Source: Kipferlia bialata (taxonomy: Eukaryota). Taken from it: DNA of 38,705 nucleotides. The position numbers and the translations under genes were made by a program. The notes under the pieces were generated by a model, which worked only from the letters and a program-made list of their open reading frames with translations, did not search any database and was not told where the DNA came from. The DNA is taken from positions 1 through 38,705 of the forward strand of contig BDIP01000040.1 of the NCBI GenBank assembly GCA_003568945.1, in the 5' to 3' direction. Each line of letters starts with the position of its first letter. Positions within the stretch are counted from its first letter, which is position 1. Below, in pieces: positions 36,583 through 38,705 of the stretch.

Positions 36583-38606
36583 ATGCCCCGTCAGGCAGAG
36601 AGACGGGAGAGGCCTGAGAGGTCAAGGCTCAGTAGGTGCGCTAGGAGCTACACTATACTAAGTATATATATACTATATATATGCATTCACTTATACGATA
36701 CCTTCCATGCCCTCACCTACCCGTTTGTGTCAGACCCCTCACCCCAGGGCCTCAGAGGCTGATGTGACCGGGTCCAGCGACGACTACTCTTACACAGATG
36801 AGACAGATGAGACCAGAACCCACGACGCGTCAGACAGAGACATAGGTGGGACAGATGGATCCAGTGTATCTGTATCACCCTTCCTCTCCCACTCACCCTT
36901 AGTGCGCACAATGCCTGGCCCCCAGCTCTCCTTCTCCGCCTTTGCCGCCAACCTCAAGTCCAACCCCTCCTGCACATTCTCCCCGGCATCCCTGCCATCT
37001 GGTATGCACATACTATATATGTGGTATATATGTGTGTGTGCGTGTGTTTGATGCCTTTCCTCTACTCCATACGACCCCACCGTGTGTATCCGTTCTCCTG
37101 TCCTGACCCCAGGCATCAACCTCCATCTCTGGATGGGGGCCAAGCAGAACCCCCACGCCATCGTCACTCATGAGTCCCAATGGGGGCCCGCCCTGCCAGG
37201 TATCAGCATCTGCATCTGCATCAGCATCAGTATCGGTACAGACATCTGAAGCCAGTGTTGTCTCTCCTCTGACAGCTCCAATACTACTCTATATATGAGA
37301 TATACCCCCACACTGATACTGACACTAGGTGCAGTCAGGGTCTTCCCCGAGCCAGGCGTGTTTGCCACCCCAGAGGACTGTGCCAGGCATGTAGAATGAT
37401 ATATGGTATAAATATATATACATGATATATAATATATGATGATATGTGATGTATGATAAATGATAAATATATGATGGCCCATGTACAGTGGCAGAATGGG
37501 TCTCTGCCCACATCTCCGGATGACATATATGAGATCCTAACCTGCAGGCTCTTTGCTCCTGAGGAGGCCCACATGGCTACGAGGGCCAGCAGACGCTTCA
37601 ACGCCCATGGCCTAGTGGAGGTGGGTGCATGCTGGTCCATACTGATACTGATACTGACTCTCCCCGTTGCAGCCCCCCCCCCTCCCCCTCTGTACCCTCT
37701 GTACCCTCTATACCCTATGTAACCTCTATACCCTCTGATGCCGCAGGATGTGTTCAAGCTTGTGCTGTCCTATGTGGATGCCAAGGAGGAGACGCCCCTC
37801 TCCATCGGCCCCTTCGATCTGCCCCCCTCTGCCCTTGACTTCATAGGTGCTGTATCATACGTCTATGCACTGGATGTATGAAGGGAGTGTCTGTTTGTAG
37901 ACACCATGCCCCTCTCTCGTGTCACCCCCAACCACCCTCACCCCAGGCACCGCCTCCCCGCTGGGCCTTGCCCCCCCTCCCTATGACCCCGAGGCCCCTT
38001 CTGCCATGTGGGTACAGTCCCAGTGTGCACAGCTGGCACGCAACGTGCAGGTTGGCCTCTCATTCAACATTCAATATCCATGTTCATGTGGAATTGTTTA
38101 GTATTATCGGCATATGCAGTGTATCCCTTTACTCTCCTCCCCCTACCCCTAGGCGCTGCAGAAGGCCGTTGCCGTCATGGCCCCCAGGCACCCAGCCGCC
38201 AAGCCGTCCTCCGCCGTTAGGATGCTTGATGTGCTGGAGTCGGTGCCATTTGCAGTGTACTCCGCAGGTGATTAATTCATATCACTATATATATTGTGTA
38301 TCTAAGATATACACGATATACCGTACACATCCTCACCCCCTCCATGCCTGACCCCCAGTGGAAGCAGGTGTCCTGATTGCGGTCCCCCCCCTCACCCCCC
38401 CTCGCGGTGTGGATGTGATGGCACTAGCCCTGGACACAGTCACTGGTGCCATAGAGAGTGGCCTCAGCGCAGGTGCCACAACCCCCCCCCCCTTCCCCTC
38501 TCTCTCCAATACATACTGGACATTATACATACCTCACCCCCAGCTGGAGCCTTCTCCGGCCCCACCCTAGATGCCACCCAGTTTGGCAATGAGGCCACGG
38601 GCTCAG
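36583..38606 (+). CDS. Hypothetical protein, multi-exon, continues beyond the window end
   Basis: Phase-consistent exons: MPRQAERRERPERSRLS|RASEADVTG...LPS|GINLHLWMGAKQNPHAIVTHESQWGPALP|GAVRVFPEPG...|...|DVFKLVLSYVDAKEE...|GTASPLG...|ALQKAVAV...|VEAGVLIAV... with CAG/TAG acceptors. No family recognised. An alternative start is ATG 36707. Confidence 0.65.
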
Positions 38607-38659
38607 GTGGGGATTCATTGTTACATGCTTCATTCTCTCTCTCTCTCTCTCTGTCTCTA

Positions 38660-38705
<46 letters not shown>

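Noticed and set aside
37387..37547. GC-AG intron in the last gene
   Set aside because: Phase fits a GC donor at 37387, but a canonical GT at 37391 with the CAG acceptor near 37488 also keeps the frame. Cannot be decided without transcripts.
38661..38705. Poly-C run at the window end
   Set aside because: Intronic homopolymer of unreliable length, probably a contig end.

Overview
Intron-dense eukaryotic DNA rich in (TA)n/(GA)n microsatellites, with GT-AG introns whose branch point is fused to the acceptor (YTNAC...CAG). This style suggests a free-living fornicate/metamonad such as Kipferlia (inference from sequence style only). Splicing by hand gives seven genes: a Niban/FAM129-like PH-domain protein (-), a ZC2HC1/FAM164-like zinc-finger protein (-), a WDR91 N-terminal-domain protein with no WD40 repeats (+), two intronless kelch-like propeller genes (-), a sacsin-like protein with a partial and a full SRR/ATPase module, a QPD-type J domain and a HEPN domain (-), and a hypothetical gene running off the right end (+). 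The most striking feature is 'exon echo' arrays. Introns carry up to five copies of the adjacent exon end plus its splice site, spaced about 85-135 bp apart by mostly unrelated low-complexity spacers. Exon 3' ends are echoed downstream and exon 5' ends upstream. The copies lack the second splice site needed to be exons, yet differ from the true exon almost only at synonymous positions. Introns may therefore archive older or allelic exon versions, or the copies may be used by an unconventional mechanism. A haplotype-concatenation assembly artefact must be excluded. Family calls come from recalled motifs, not database searches.
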